Shown here: one piece after another, positions 48,270-61,004 of the stretch
How positions within the stretch are numbered: the stretch's first letter is position 1
How the letters are laid out: the number at the start of each line of letters is the position of its first letter
Origin: Amphiscolops sp. MND2022
Lineage: Eukaryota
Assembly (NCBI GenBank): GCA_964187785.1
Contig: OZ076410.1
Location: 69,192,001-69,256,000, forward strand
Reading direction: 5' to 3'
Length of the DNA: 64,000 nt
Made by a program: the position numbers and the translations under genes
The notes under the pieces: model-generated
Told to the model about the DNA's origin: nothing
What the model saw: only the letters and a program-made list of their open reading frames with translations
The model's database searches: none

Positions 48270-51200
48270 AAAAAATGGAGAATTGTAGTATTTTTAATTC
48301 CCTATATAGAAAGTTTTTCAAGTCTGATCATCTAAAATCAGTAACACATCTCGAAAAACTAAATCGTTATTTTCGAAGAAAAAATGTCCTTTATATAGGA
48401 CCCAATCAGATAAACAAACACATTTAGATTCAGATGAACAAAAAAAACCACCACAATGAAATATGTTAAAGAGATAAAAATCTAAATATTACAGATAAAA
48501 CAAGGCTTTCTTATTCTGAGAAACAAATCCAGCTTTTTTTGAAAAAGCAAATTCAAACAAGCTCAATAAAGATAATACCTTCCGGGTTAGTTGTTGATTA
48601 TAAATCATACCACAACTTTTATGTGCTCAAACTTATATCCAAACAATCTTCAAGACCTCGAACAACAAACAAGATATATTTTCTTTCAGAAACTGTTTCC
48701 TAAAATTGAAATTCAAGTAACTTATCTAGTCAAGTTTGGTAAATACTGTAATGAAAAAGAAGAAGCATTTAACAGATGGATGAAATCGGATATTTTTTGA
48801 AATTTTGATATTTTTTCTAATATTCGTAATACAACAATCCAGGGGCTAGATGATGAACAGCTGGAAGAATCAGGTTTCCAATTTCAAGAAAATGAAGAAG
48901 CCGTAATAGAAATAAACAAAGTTAAAGATATTAAAGCATCTTGGTGGGTTCAATAGCCACCAAAGTCTAAAAACAGCCAATCAATTATAAATATAAAACA
49001 TGAACATCAATTATGTTTTTATGGTGTATCTTGGCCCATCTTCACTCGGTTGAGGAACATAAAAATAGAAAATCAAACTTATCAATGCATATGAAAAAAC
49101 TCAACCTGAACGGATTGGAATTTCCCATGAAAAAAAAAAGGTTTTCCCAAGTTCAAAAACCTAAATGATTTAAACAAAATGTATTTGAACTAAGCGGAAC
49201 AGTGTTAAACCCAATCCACATAAATACGAACTATGATCAACCACAAATCGATTTATTGTTTATTGAAAACAAATATTGATTGCATTATCAGTGAAAATTC
49301 ACACATGAAACATGTATGTAGAAGATGGTTAATTGCATTTAGTTCACAGTCGGTTCAAATTGATCATAAAGATCGTGGTGAAAAACAGAAACCAACCAGT
49401 ATCGCATTCAGTTATAAAGATCACCAAATATTTGACGATCACCATATGAATGTTCCTGTACCAATAAGAGTAACTGCAGATTTTGCATGTTTCAATCAAG
49501 CTCAAAATGATCCAAATAATCCCAACGTATTATTCAAATAAATACCTATTGCAGTAGGATTTTATCTAATTTCACCAAACGGAAAATAATACTCATCAAA
49601 TTCTGGATTAGACTGTGAGTTAGTTTGTTATTGAAATGTTTAATTTAGAACAAATGGCATCAGAATAATATAAAACTAATATATCGCATTCACGGGCCAA
49701 AACTCTAATGGGTTTGTAATGAGTCCTGACGAAGAAGGACACATTGAAGAGTCTACAACGTGCTGGTTTTGCGACGATCCTTTTGATTCGAGTACAGCAA
49801 CGCTGGCTCCGCATATTGTCAAAGTTAGACCACGATCATCTAAGGGAAAAATACAGAGAAGCAGCCCATAATAGGTGTAATCTAAATTGTAAACAAATAT
49901 ATTTGTAAACAAATAAAGTTTTGTGCCCATCATTTTCCATAATTTCAGTGACTATGATTGTCATCTCAACACTCAACACAAGCTCTCAAAATGGCGTATG
50001 AACCAACTATAAATCCAAAGTCAATGGAAAATTACGTTAATTTACAGGTAGGTTGTCTAAGATTTTTAGATTCTTACAGATTTTTACCTTCTAGTCTAGA
50101 CAAGCTTAGCAAAAGTTCAGACTGCTTCCCTATCATGGATTCCAACAATTTTAAAGAGAGAATTACTAAAAAAGAAATTGGTTTATTCTTATGAGTACCT
50201 TAATCTTATGAGAACCAAAAAATCTAACAAAAGAAACATGTTGGCCAACAATACAACAAGAAACCTTTCCAGATGAAGTAATGAACCGTACACAATTAAA
50301 TATTAAAAATGATTAACATAACGGCAGGCATAGATTTAACTATGTTCTGTTTGCAAATGGATGTTCTACAATTAGATGATATGTTTGAGAACTATGTGCA
50401 AACCTCCACTGAAGAGCTCGGCATCAATCCATTTTATTCATACTCAGCGCCTGGGTATACTTGGAGAGCTGGTTTGAAAAAGACCAAAATCAAATTAGAT
50501 TTGTTGAAAGACAAAGAATTGTTGTTACTTTTGGAAAGTAATATCCGTGGTGGATTTTCAAGTGTTATGGGTGACCGCAATGTTGAATCTGATGAGAACA
50601 CTTAACTTTTTTACATTAATGCAAAAAATTTATTTGGATGGGCAATGAGTCAACCTTTGCCGAGTGGCAATTTGAAGAATTAGACATTAGTCATTTCACA
50701 ACCCGAGAAATCATAGAAAATTTGTTAAGGTTACCTGATGATAATGAAAGCGGATTCTTCACAGAATGTGATTTAGAATGTCCTGTTGAAATTAAAGGGA
50801 AAACAAAAAACATTCCATTGTGCCCTTATCATACAAAAGAAGATCCAGAGTTGTTTACACCTTGTCTGATTAGTGTAAAACAACCCTATTACAAACCAAC
50901 CACTAAATTGATGTGTGATCAAACCAAAAAAAGAGAAAAATTTGACACATTATAAGATGTATAGGATGGGGAAGAACATTTACATCAACATCGGGAAGAA
51001 AATAACAAAAAAACACTAATTTGGCGATTCACTCAATCACTTTGGTTAGCAAAATACATTGAACATAATACCCGAAAAGCACTGTTGCAAAGTCAGCTTT
51101 TCAAAAAGACTTATACAAATTAATGAACAATACTTACTTCGGTAAGGCAATGGAAAACGTTCGAGACCGGACTATTTTAGAATTTTTTCCGCATTCAGAA

Positions 51201-52200
51201 AATCACCGAAAAATGAAAAGACAATCAAAATTTAGTTCCAAATGTATTGTAAATCAATACCCCGAATATAGTGTTTACAAATATACAAATGGATCAATAG
51301 TTTTCGAAGACCCAATATATCTGGGTTTTGGTGTTTTAGAATTTTCCAAATTGTTAATGTATGAATTCTATTATGACAAATTTTGATTATTATTTGGCTT
51401 ATTGGGGTAAAAAGGTGCAACTTCATTATTTGGATACAGAATCATTTTTTCTAAGTATCAAAATTTAGGACCTTATAAAAGACTTGGAACTTTTCTAAGA
51501 CACCTTTGATTTCAGCGAAAGAGATAAATGTATTGTAAATCAATACCCCGAATATAGTGTTTACAAATATACAAATGGATCAATAGTTTTCGAAGACCCA
51601 ATATATCTGGGTTTTGGTGTTTTAGAATTTTCCAAATTGTTAATGTATGAATTCTATTATGACAAATTTTGATTATTATTTGGCTTATTGGGGTAAAAAG
51701 GTGCAACTTCATTATTTGGATACAGAATCATTTTTTCTAAGTATCAAAATTTAGGACCTTATAAAAGACTTGGAACTTTTCTAAGACACCTTTGATTTCA
51801 GCGAAAGAGATAAATCTCATGATTTATATGATTGTAAATAAAAAAAGGTAATACTGAAAACAAAAAGAGAAACATCGCGTTTGTTTGAATTGACTGAAAT
51901 TATAGCATTAGGATCTAAATCAATAAGCTATTCATACGGGGCCAAAGACCCATACAGCGCCAAAGACCCGCACCACACCAAAACTTATTCGAAGCAGAAA
52001 AGGATCCAGAAAATTTCCTTTTTAAATGTATGTAAAACTTCCTTATTTGATCTCATTTAATTCTAAAACAACCGAATGTACAAATTATTCGATTCGTTCA
52101 AACGCAGACAACCTAAACGTTCAAAAACAAAATTAGCTAGCTTCGAAACTCTTCGATGATAAAAGAAGATTTTTAAATGGAAAACAAAGTCTTCCATGGG
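48270..52200 (+). pseudogene. polB: Protein-primed family B DNA polymerase remnant
   Basis: FHNFSDYDCHL (exonuclease II), LRFLDSYRFL, SAPGYTW, NIRGGFS, YINAKNLFGWAMSQPLP (motif A), KLMNNTYFGKAMENVRDR (motif B), IYLGFGVLEFSKLLMYEFYY, YLDTESF (motif C). Endonuclease VII-like CWFC...H.RCN at ~49750-49890. Confidence 0.93.
51240..51811 (+). repeat. Exact 286-bp tandem duplication inside polB
   Basis: 51240-51525 repeats at 51526-51811, with AAAT microhomology at the junction. Confidence 0.92.
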
Positions 52201-52519
52201 ACAAACACAAACAAAATGGTTATTGCCCATGTAGATTTTGTATACTGGTCATTCGGTTGTACTACAAAGAATTATCTGGAAATGATGACAACAGCAATAG
52301 AATATTTGAGGAATTATATTGGTATGTGTGGTATTACACAGAAAAACTTTCTCATCAAGAACTCTCAATTCTGTTATTGACCGTGCATTTTTTAATCAGA
52401 AAAATTGTTTCAACTTTTTCTATGCTTTGCAAGAAGAAAATATTCCTATTTTTTCTACAATTTTCAAGATAAAAACATCATATTGTAATTGATTTTTTTT
52501 AAATATCATACTTTAATTT

Positions 52520-53690
52520 TATTATGTTTATTACAAAAGATCGAAATGCCTTTGTCCCTTGTACTGATACTTACCAGATTGGGTGTTAGGACCAGGGTAT
52601 AGGCTGTATAATCTGCTACGATTATATTTGCACTAAACTCTAATCTAATAGGTTGACTCGCATTATGATCTTTTCGTTTGGATAAGTCAAATATATACAT
52701 ATTATATTTTGTCCTGAACTTATACAATTCAAATATTGGGTGGAGTAAGTTAGTTTCAGAATACAATCGATAGAAGTTTCTAATTTCGAAATATGGTTCA
52801 CGGTAATTGTCCAATCATAATCACACTCGTTTTCAAAAATATGATGTTTTTCTGATCTTTTTTTACAAACAGCATCTGAAATAGGCAAACGATTGAATGT
52901 TGCAATGTCATGAGTTTGTGAATCAATTTTGTTTCCAGCTTGAAGTCCAACTTATACAAAAGTAGGAGTATAATCAACAGCATTCCCCAATTCAAAGGTC
53001 CAATTATTTTTTAGTGTTTACATCTTTTCTTAAAAAATTCCGTTCCATGTATTACCATTCAGTTGGATTTTTATTCAATAGCTCATCCATCACAATTTGT
53101 TGGTTTTCTAAGCTAGGTGTAACGTGTGGAATATGCTAACCAGTATCTTTTATAACTTTTTTTGCACCATTGACTTCTGCAGCACGAATGATGGGGTCGC
53201 TACTTTTATTACGTTTTAATGTTAAATTATAAACACATTCCACAGGTTACTTTTTCCTGATCAGCAAACCCAATTTTGTCTTTTAATTTAAATCTGACAA
53301 AAAGTTTCTTTTTCACTTTTATTTGTTGTTAGACCTAATCGACTATTTGCTTCTGATTCTTCAAACCCTTACATCAATTTGTTGTTGACAAGTTAAAAGT
53401 TTGTTCATCAACTTCATCAACTTTTACCAGGTGTTTTCCCGAACTAGTTCTCAGCTTAGCCTCAACAAAAAGGGCAACGGGCCCAAAGTTTACTAGTGCT
53501 ATTTCACCACCATCGGCATATCTTGTATCATCGTTTTTAAGAACTTCAACTTCAATTGATATGTAGGAGTTTTGTAAACAAACATTTGCGTCTTCTCCTG
53601 GGAAACTATTCGAAGTATTAGAATTAATAGTATTGACTGTAGCTAAACTCGTTCTACTATGTTTTAGAAATCATTTTCATTATTATGCTT
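52520..53690 (-). pseudogene. Polinton major capsid protein (double jelly-roll) remnant
   Basis: EDANVCLQNSYISIEVEVLKNDDTRYADGGEIALVNFGPVALFVEAKLRTSSGKHL near the N-terminus; YIFDLSKRKDHNASQPIRLEF...YTLVLTPNLVSIS at the C-terminus. Family assignment from recalled Polinton capsid patterns. Confidence 0.7.
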
Positions 53691-54050
53691 ATCCAGAGTA
53701 TATTTATTTTTCAATGAAAACATAGAATTCTTTTATATTTAAAAAAACCTTCTTCTTAAAAATTTATTCCAATTAAGGAAAAGTATTGATACACTCTAGT
53801 GTTTTCGAACTAGATTTGAAAATGAAAGCAGATCTTAAAACTTCTTGTTCATAGTTATTTCCTTGAATAATCTCCTTGTTTTCAACTTTTAGATTATAAG
53901 TTACTGGACTTCTACTGTTGATGTTGTGTATTTTGAATAGTTCTCAGTTCCAATTAGTTGGATAACTTTTACTGTATAAACTCCGCTCATCAGGAACTTT
54001 TATGAAATCTTCCATATGGAATTTAGGAAATTTATTTCACTTTTCATTTC
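53690..54050 (-). pseudogene. Possible minor capsid (penton) remnant
   Basis: Position between integrase and MCP plus fragmentary frames; no decisive motif. Confidence 0.3.
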
Positions 54051-54059
54051 TAAATTTTA

Positions 54060-54640
54060 GATTAGGTTTTAGTTGACATTTCAAATGGTGTCATCTTGGT
54101 AGTTCTATGGGCACGTTATTATTCCTTTCTAAAGCAATTTCCAAATGATTCAGTCAACAAGCTTTACCTTCAAATTGTCTTGGTTCTTTAATTAAGCCCA
54201 AAAGTGCTTTTGTTTTTGAATCAGTCAACAAAAACAGCTTTAAAATCTGAATTGGTTGAATAAGTTTGATTGGTTTCTTCTATTAGGAAGTTTAGGAATG
54301 TTTTCTAACGAAATTCTTTACCTCTATCTGACCAATCTTTATCTGGTTTTCTTTTTGTTTTTTCAATAGGAGTTTTTAATGCATTTGTTGTATTTTTTCC
54401 GGACTTATCTTTGAGAGGAATCGGCTATGCATGTCTAGTTTGAATATCAACTATTGTGAAAGTAAACTTGTAGTTTTTGTTGTTTTTTGCTAAGCTAGAC
54501 CAGTTTATCAGATCAATACTGCAACATTCATCTTTATAAAAGGAAATCACTTCAATGCGAGAAAACTTTTTGATTACAAGAGAGGATATTTCTTTAGCAA
54601 TTTTTTTCTTTTCATTCATTCATTATTTTGGAATTTTTGT
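54060..54640 (-). pseudogene. int: Polinton retroviral-type (rve) integrase remnant
   Basis: SIDLINWSSLAKNNKNYKFTFTIVDIQTRHA*PIPLKDKSG...WSDRGKEF...KAVFVD*F...HRTTKMTPFEM. Confidence 0.85.
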
Positions 54641-54849
54641 TCTCGATAAGGCATCTGTTATAAGGAACACATGATAAGGAATCTGCAATATTTGAAGTGC
54701 TTCGCATGCATAGTGCAGTAACTGTTGAAAATTTTGAACAATTTTTTCTAACTAAATAAATAATGATTATATAAATTATTTAGCTTCAAAGCAAGGGTCT
54801 AAATATTTTCATTATTTCATCATCTAAGTATTTATATCTTCAAGTATAT

Positions 54850-55780
54850 TTGAAGTATATTTGTATTATATTCGCCCTAGAAGGTATTAAAAAATTTGAA
54901 AAACTAAAACAATCTAAAGGATTCACATACTCTCATTTGACAAACCAAGAAGAACAACTAGAACTTACTCCATCAATTGAAAACACAAACTATCACATTT
55001 TAATGTTTGGAAGTAGTGGGCCAGGGAGGACTAGTTTCTTGAAACATTACCTAGATCAATCTAAATCCGGTTATATAGTATTTTGTCGCGATGCAAAAGA
55101 GTTTCAAGACAACCGATATGTTGAGTTAATGCAATTGGAAAAAAAAATTGAAAAACAATCACGTGTTAATCAAACAATATTTTCAGGCAATGCAGGTGCC
55201 TCAAGACAAAAGTAGCAGACTTATTCCGGTTTGGTAGACATCATTATATACAAGTAAAAAATTTTGCGTATTATGCTTAAGACATCCTCCCAGCAGTGAA
55301 GGAAAACTGAGCAGTGAAGGAAAACTCCTCCCAGCAGTGAAGGAAAACCTCCCAGCGTATCAAATTGGAGATAAACAAAGGGAATCCGGCATGTCGCAAT
55401 GAAAAGCAACAATACCGCGATCTGATGGATTATAACCTAATAGAATTTGATACTAGATCATAAAAACACAAAATACTGAATCACAAGTATAAAATAAGAT
55501 TCAATTCTAGTAGGCGAAACAAGTTGAATCCGGAGGATTACGTTGCTTATGAAAGTCATTTCTTTACAGGCAAGGAATACAACAAGATGAAACTCTTTTT
55601 AGGGGAGATGTCCGACCAAACAAATGAAATATCACAATACAACATACCTGCTTATTTTGTATATTATTGCAAACAAAATAAAATGATGAAAGTGAATGAA
55701 TCCAAATTAGACAATTTTATAGATAATTCATCTAATTCCCGTAATATTAGTTATTTTTTCCAATACAATTGTTAGGTGTT
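54850..55780 (+). pseudogene. Polinton packaging ATPase (A32/FtsK-like) remnant
   Basis: HILMFGSSGPGRTSFLKHYL, a degenerate Walker A, in track ORF 54850-55215. The downstream fragment 55524-55775 is probably the same gene. Confidence 0.65.
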
Positions 55781-56337
55781 GAAGAAATCAATTTGGATTG
55801 TTTCCACTTGAACGCATCATGAATAATGTGTGAATTAAAAAATGGTTTCATCTGCTTTGTCTGTAAAATGGTTATAACGTAGCTAAGAAAAACTTGTTGT
55901 TCAATTACCGAGATTTTTTGTTGAGAATGATTAAATTTTTAGTTGTGAAAAAAGGCTAATTCTCAATGATTTGCCTTGAAAATGGTCCTATTTTAACAGT
56001 TTTACTAGTAATTTTTAATGATTTGCCTTGAAAATAATCCTATTTTACCAGTTTTATTAAGTCCGCGTTTTAACCCCGGCTGGCCATACGAAAAAATATT
56101 AATATTTTAGTTGCGAAAAAAGGCTAATTTTTTGGTGTTTTACCCCTAAAAAGACTTGTTTTTGGTGTCTGGGCTGAACCCCTGGCCAGGATCAGCATTT
56201 CCTATACTACCCTTTTCGTCAGTTGTTTTTTTGGTACACCTGAACTGTCCAAAATAGTTCTACAGTTCTTCAATTTTGGCAATCTACATACTACCTTTGA
56301 TTGGTAAAGGAGTCCCCTTCGTCAATAACACAACCCA

Positions 56338-56705
56338 TACCGGATTTAACGCATTCGGAAATAACGAATACCGTACCGGATATAACGTTTCTTAGAGAAT
56401 TTTTAAATGTTACAAAAGGGTCCCCTTTCGGTTGTTTTTGGCGCAAACCGGATTTAACGTGAACCGAGTATTACGAATACCCGATACAACGTATACCGGA
56501 TAGAACGCGACACACACCATACCGGGTTTACGGCATTCGGAAATAACGAATTCCAGATATAACGAATACCGGGTATAACGTTTCTTAGAGAATTTTTCAA
56601 TGTTACAAAAGGGCCCCCCTTTGGATTTTTTTGGCGCTAACCGGATTTAACGAATACCCGACACCACGTATACCAGATATACGGAGTTAACGCAAACCGG
56701 GTATA
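56338..56705. repeat. Two ~182-bp tandem units built from ~15-bp CCGGATATAACGAATA-like motifs
   Basis: Units begin ataccggatttaacgcattcggaaataacgaat (56338) and ataccgggtttacggcattcggaaataacgaat (~56520); both share aacgtttcttagagaattttt...gttacaaaaggg. Confidence 0.8.
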
Positions 56706-56749
56706 AATATTTTTTTCTTGAGACAGACGAAGTGACAGATTTCATCAAT

Positions 56750-57800
56750 TTCGATCAATTTTGTTCATTTTGTCCAACTTGCAGACAACTTTGCGTCCAA
56801 TACGTCCCGGGTACACTTGTGTCTTGTTTCGGCTTTGAGACTTTTTTCGAAAATTTACCCATGTCTTCAAAGGGTCCCCTTCAATTTGTTTGATACTTTG
56901 CAACAGAATGGATATTAAAATTCTGAAGGAGCACGTCAATTCGGTCCAACTTTTGGGTTTTTCGGGCTGTAGAAGAGAGTGCTTGACACTTTGAGCTTCT
57001 TCTGCTATTTTTGAGCATTAGATATGCCGCCGACTTGGGCCGTTCCCGGCTTGTTAACCCTTGTTGATAGCCGGCTAAATTTTTTCAGGAATGCTTTAGT
57101 TTGTCGTGCGAGACAGATGTTCATCGAATTCTCTTGAAATGTGTGAATATGAATGAATAAACCAAATGCTAAGAATCAGCCAATATGTGTACCCCAGAGG
57201 CCATTCCCGGCTTGTTTGTGTTTACAGCTGGTCAACCTGATTCTTGACCGATGAGAGGCACTTCGAAAAGCTTCACTTGGTTTCCTTATTGTCAATCTAA
57301 AAACAAACACGTTTGGAATACCCTGCGTCGTCGTGTGGAACAGATATTTCTGGAAGCTTTTTTTCAATTCTACCGAATCTCACCGTGCCAAAAACAGTAG
57401 TAGATACCTTTCAAGCTGACTAAGAATTTTATCAAAGTCAAAGCAACAAAAATTCAAAAAGAAACACTTGCTGAAATGACAAGCCAGTTCTGAGGAAGTG
57501 GCAACATTCTAATTTTATAACCAAACTATTGCATGGTGTGACAACCTAGGTTAACACATAGGCTGCCACCTTGCTTCCCATCACAGCTTCACCGGTATTT
57601 CTTACGATAGCAATGAAACTTGCGATGATCATGGAAGGACCTTCGATGAGCTTGTAACGGATAGATTTGAAGTTAATACAAAAGTTTGCAAAAACCGTGG
57701 CGTTAACCTGCAGACCATTCCTCAGGAGTCCGGAATTCTGCCTCTCGGCAGTTTTCTCGACTTGTTTTCTTTGTTTTGACTGACCTATTTTTGCTGCCTA
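56750..57800 (-). pseudogene. Highly degenerate DDE transposase remnant, piggyBac-like
   Basis: Broken frames give NGLQVNATVFANFCINF, TTVFGTVRFGR and VDQL*TQTSREWPL (cf. piggyBac GT.R.NR and D..DQ...TRRWP), plus Cys remnants near 56750-56800. TTAA-CCCTT at 57054-57062. Confidence 0.4.
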
Positions 57801-57808
57801 ACAGCTGC

Positions 57809-59376
57809 TGTGATAATCCTCTACATCAGAGTTTTCCTTTGAAAGTATTGTTACATCTACGTCTGATTCATTTTGATATAATGGTTTCGCAGAATGTTTC
57901 AAGTTTTTCATTTTAGAAGTTCTGAGAGGATAAAAGTTGTCTTCTGAATTTGAGTTTTCGATGTTCGATGCGTGCACTCCTGTGGACTTATTCACCTTGG
58001 ATTCCGACGATTGCATACTTTGCATTTCATTTGCTTCTGATCAGGGATTTGTTACAGTTGATGCACTTGTTTTATTTGATTCCTTTGAGGATAGTTTCAA
58101 GTTTATTTTCCAACTCTTCTCTCGTTTTTTTTCTATTCTATCATTGTTCTTTTGCTCATATTTTTGGGTCCAAGCTTGGACCTCGTTACTGATCTGACTA
58201 GGTTCAACCAAGAGGTTCCCTGAGTTGTTTTCACCGGAACTTTCTTGAACAACGGTATTAAATCCAGTTCAAGTGTCGTTACCTGTATTGGGAGTTTCTA
58301 CCTGAGTTCTTCATACTTCTCTATCTGGGGATGGCGTCTCAAGTCTTCTAGACCTTCGATTCCTCCTGTTTCCCCATTTCCCTCAAGTGAAAAGTTGTTA
58401 TGCTTGCTGGGGAAGAACTTGAATTATCAAGTTAGACAAATGTCCAGTTGAACAAGGAATTCAACAAAAGTTGAATATAACTGCAAATATACTATTTCAG
58501 ATGAAATGAAGCAACTAGTTTCAAGGAAAGTTTTTTCAAGGTTGTCTGTTTTCCCAGCACTTTCATGAAAAATTAAAACACCATTACACTCGCAATTTTA
58601 CTTGTCATCATCACCAAATTTTAAAAAACCTGACGTCAAATGACGCAATTCTATATATAACCCAAATATGTTTATTGCATGACATTCAACATCCATATAA
58701 TAAGAAAAATTCAAAACTCTAGAAAACTGTAATGTAATATAAATACGTTACTAAGAATCTGCAAGGTAACGTATAAACACTGCAAGGAATGGAATACAGC
58801 ACAGCATGATCAAAATGGAACGTTTTCGCACATTATCATACATACACCTCGTATCTTCCTCATAGTGACGTGTAGATTGTAACCATCTGGTCCGATATTT
58901 TGTCTTGTTGCATGACATTAAGGTTCCCTTGGTGGAGTGGTATCTGGATCATCAGGGGAGCGTTGTCATACATCGGTAGATTACCTTGCATATTAATATG
59001 CGTATTTTGCACAGGATCGTTAAGTTGCCAGAGTTAAAAACTTGTAGAATTATTCGTAAAACTAAGAGGGTATGTTGGAATGGGCCTGTTAATAGTGGTT
59101 GACCCTTGATTGTTCACTCTGGGAGTAAGGAGAATAGGCGATGATGGTCTCCCAAAGCTGTTTGTTGACACATGTCCAGGTCTAGTTGATTTCAACGGAA
59201 ACAAAGGGGAATATTCAAATTCGGTATCAATGAAACATGTTATTGACTATTCTCTACCGAAATTATGCTCTTTTACAACCTCCATGAGTTGGCGTTCGAT
59301 GTTAGTCCCGGCCGTATTAATAACTTCGTCTGAGTCAGGCTTTATTGATCGTGATGGGATTAGAGTAGCTGCGGCA
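57809..59376 (-). repeat. E3 3' LTR (start tentative)
   Basis: Right end of the LTR is firm. The start is guessed from TTGGGAG-C-TGCCGCAGCT, resembling E1 GGGGAG-TGTCGCAGGCT, and gives ~1.57 kb, similar to the other LTRs. Confidence 0.5.
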
Positions 59377-59782
59377 GCTCCCAAGAAGGCTGACATTACG
59401 TCTGTCTAGGTCCACCGACCCTGGATTTTTCTTCCAGTTCAGGTAAAGTTCCAGGCTACATCTGGAACTCTTCTTCACAATCACTGGACACGTCAATGAT
59501 TCCAGATGACTCGATTGGCATTTGTGGGATGTCTTCAAGAGTAAATTGGAGGTTGTTCATATTCCTTTTGTTCTTGGGAAAAGTGATCAAGTAATGATTT
59601 GCAGATGTAATAACTCTCCAATTAGTGTTATCTGTGGGAAATGTTGAAATTGACAAAGACTCAGTTTAAGCAGGGTTACTGTTCTTGATTCGAATGAAAG
59701 ACCATATAACGATTCTCCTTTCGATTTCTTCCATTTTTGCCAAATCTCCGAGAAAAAACTTTTTTGGGTTTACTTCGTCCAT
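58860..59782 (-). pseudogene. E3 sense ORF3-like remnant overlapping the predicted LTR start
   Basis: MDEVNPKK..FFLGDLAKMEEIERRIVIWSF... continues for ~300 codons with a few stops and frameshifts. Same position as E1 ORF3. Confidence 0.45.
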
Positions 59783-60305
59783 TTAGGGGTCATTCATTGA
59801 ATAAATGATCTCAAAATTGTTAGGAATCATCAGTTTTTGTGTCGATTAAGTGTAAACAAAATCTGTTTCTGCCGCCTGTGCCACCTCTTTTGAAGTGTTA
59901 TCACGCTGACTGATTTATTGTCGCGGCGTTCAACCAATTTAAATTATACGTAAACAAATCTATACTCACTTTCAAAGAGATGAAAACCTCATTTATTAAC
60001 AAGGGAAAAGTCAACAAATCTTTTGAAAATGTGGTGTTACATGACTTGATCATTTTGTTTTGTGAATGAAGTTTTGAATAAGGATGTTTTCTGTATGAGC
60101 ACATCTATGTCCTTGTAAATGTGTTATTATATGTTTATTCATCCAAAATATGTCCCGCACTTGAAAAATGCGTTATATCTGTGAAAATCATGAAATCCTA
60201 TTGTTCATCTGATGTTGCTTGTCCGAAGACTTGGATAAAACCTTCATATGTACATGAGAATTGTCAACCAGACGGTATTTTCTGCTCAGCTAGACATAAG
60301 CAGAC

Positions 60306-60680
60306 TTAAGCATCAGCTATTGTATTGCATAGCATCAAGCATGAATAAGGGTATTGGTGTTTTGCTGCTTTTGTTACATCTCCAACTGCCACTTTGTGCA
60401 TGGTGAGAATATTTGCCATCACTATGTACAGCCACTTACAAATCTTCGCATTATGCCGTATGTGTAATGGTAATCTTGTGCAATTAATCACACATGTTAC
60501 TGCGAATTTCCGTAAAACGCCGCATGTGGAGTTGCGATTTTTAGTACAATTCCGCATATGCAGCTCTGTGTTTCCGCATGATGCCACATTTGTAGCGGCT
60601 ATGTTGTATATCACTGCATGCTCGTTCCAGCGAAACAGCGTGTTGCCACACGAATGAAAATTTGTTTGATTTTCATTCAT
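60306..60680 (-). CDS. 124-aa Cys/His-rich ORF of unknown function inside E3
   Basis: Open from ATG to stop, with repeated SCGNT/SCGNT/TCGV. A CRE-like motif and a CCAAT box lie upstream. No family recognised. Confidence 0.3.
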   Translation of the reverse strand: MNENQTNFHSCGNTLFRWNEHAVIYNIAATNVASCGNTELHMRNCTKNRNSTCGVLRKFAVTCVINCTRLPLHIRHNAKICKWLYIVMANILTMHKVAVGDVTKAAKHQYPYSCLMLCNTIADA

Positions 60681-61004
60681 CTCAAACTTTGAATGTATTG
60701 ATTACGTCACCATCCACTCTGGCAGAAGCGAACGACGAATATTCAACCAATCACAATCGAGTAGTTTTTTCATCGTTGCACAAACTTTGCTCTCCTTTGC
60801 TTTTTGCCTGTTTTGTATACGCCACGCCTTCATCATCTTGATTTGTTATCGTTTTCGATCCTAATTCCATTTTTTATTTATCCAGATAACTTTGTCCAAA
60901 AATGGTTAGTCCAGTTACCTTAAATCAGTGTTGTACGTATTCCTTATCCTTTCCAAAAATCTCTTCTCCTAATCGCCAATTGTCCTTATTCATCGTCCTT
61001 CATT

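Larger units (their letters stand above)
45760..56210. mobile_element. Decayed Polinton/Maverick (adintovirus-like), 10,451 bp, ~96-bp TIRs
   Basis: TIRs GTAGTATAGGAAATG... at 45760-45855 and 56113-56210. Remnants of protein-primed PolB, double jelly-roll capsid, rve integrase and packaging ATPase. Confidence 0.9.

Noticed and set aside
55286-55356. Three to four copies of CAGCAGTGAAGGAAAAC
   Set aside because: Short local slippage repeat inside the decayed ATPase region; no spacer structure.
56338-56705. CRISPR-like appearance of recurring short motifs (also 41690-42000)
   Set aside because: Repeats are degenerate and irregularly spaced, spacers are themselves repeated, there are no cas genes, and the context is eukaryotic.
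57089-57160. Candidate fourth host exon ECFSLSCETD... after a good acceptor
   Set aside because: Resembles the GON DC motif only weakly, lacks the rest of the domain, and overlaps the opposite-strand transposase remnant.
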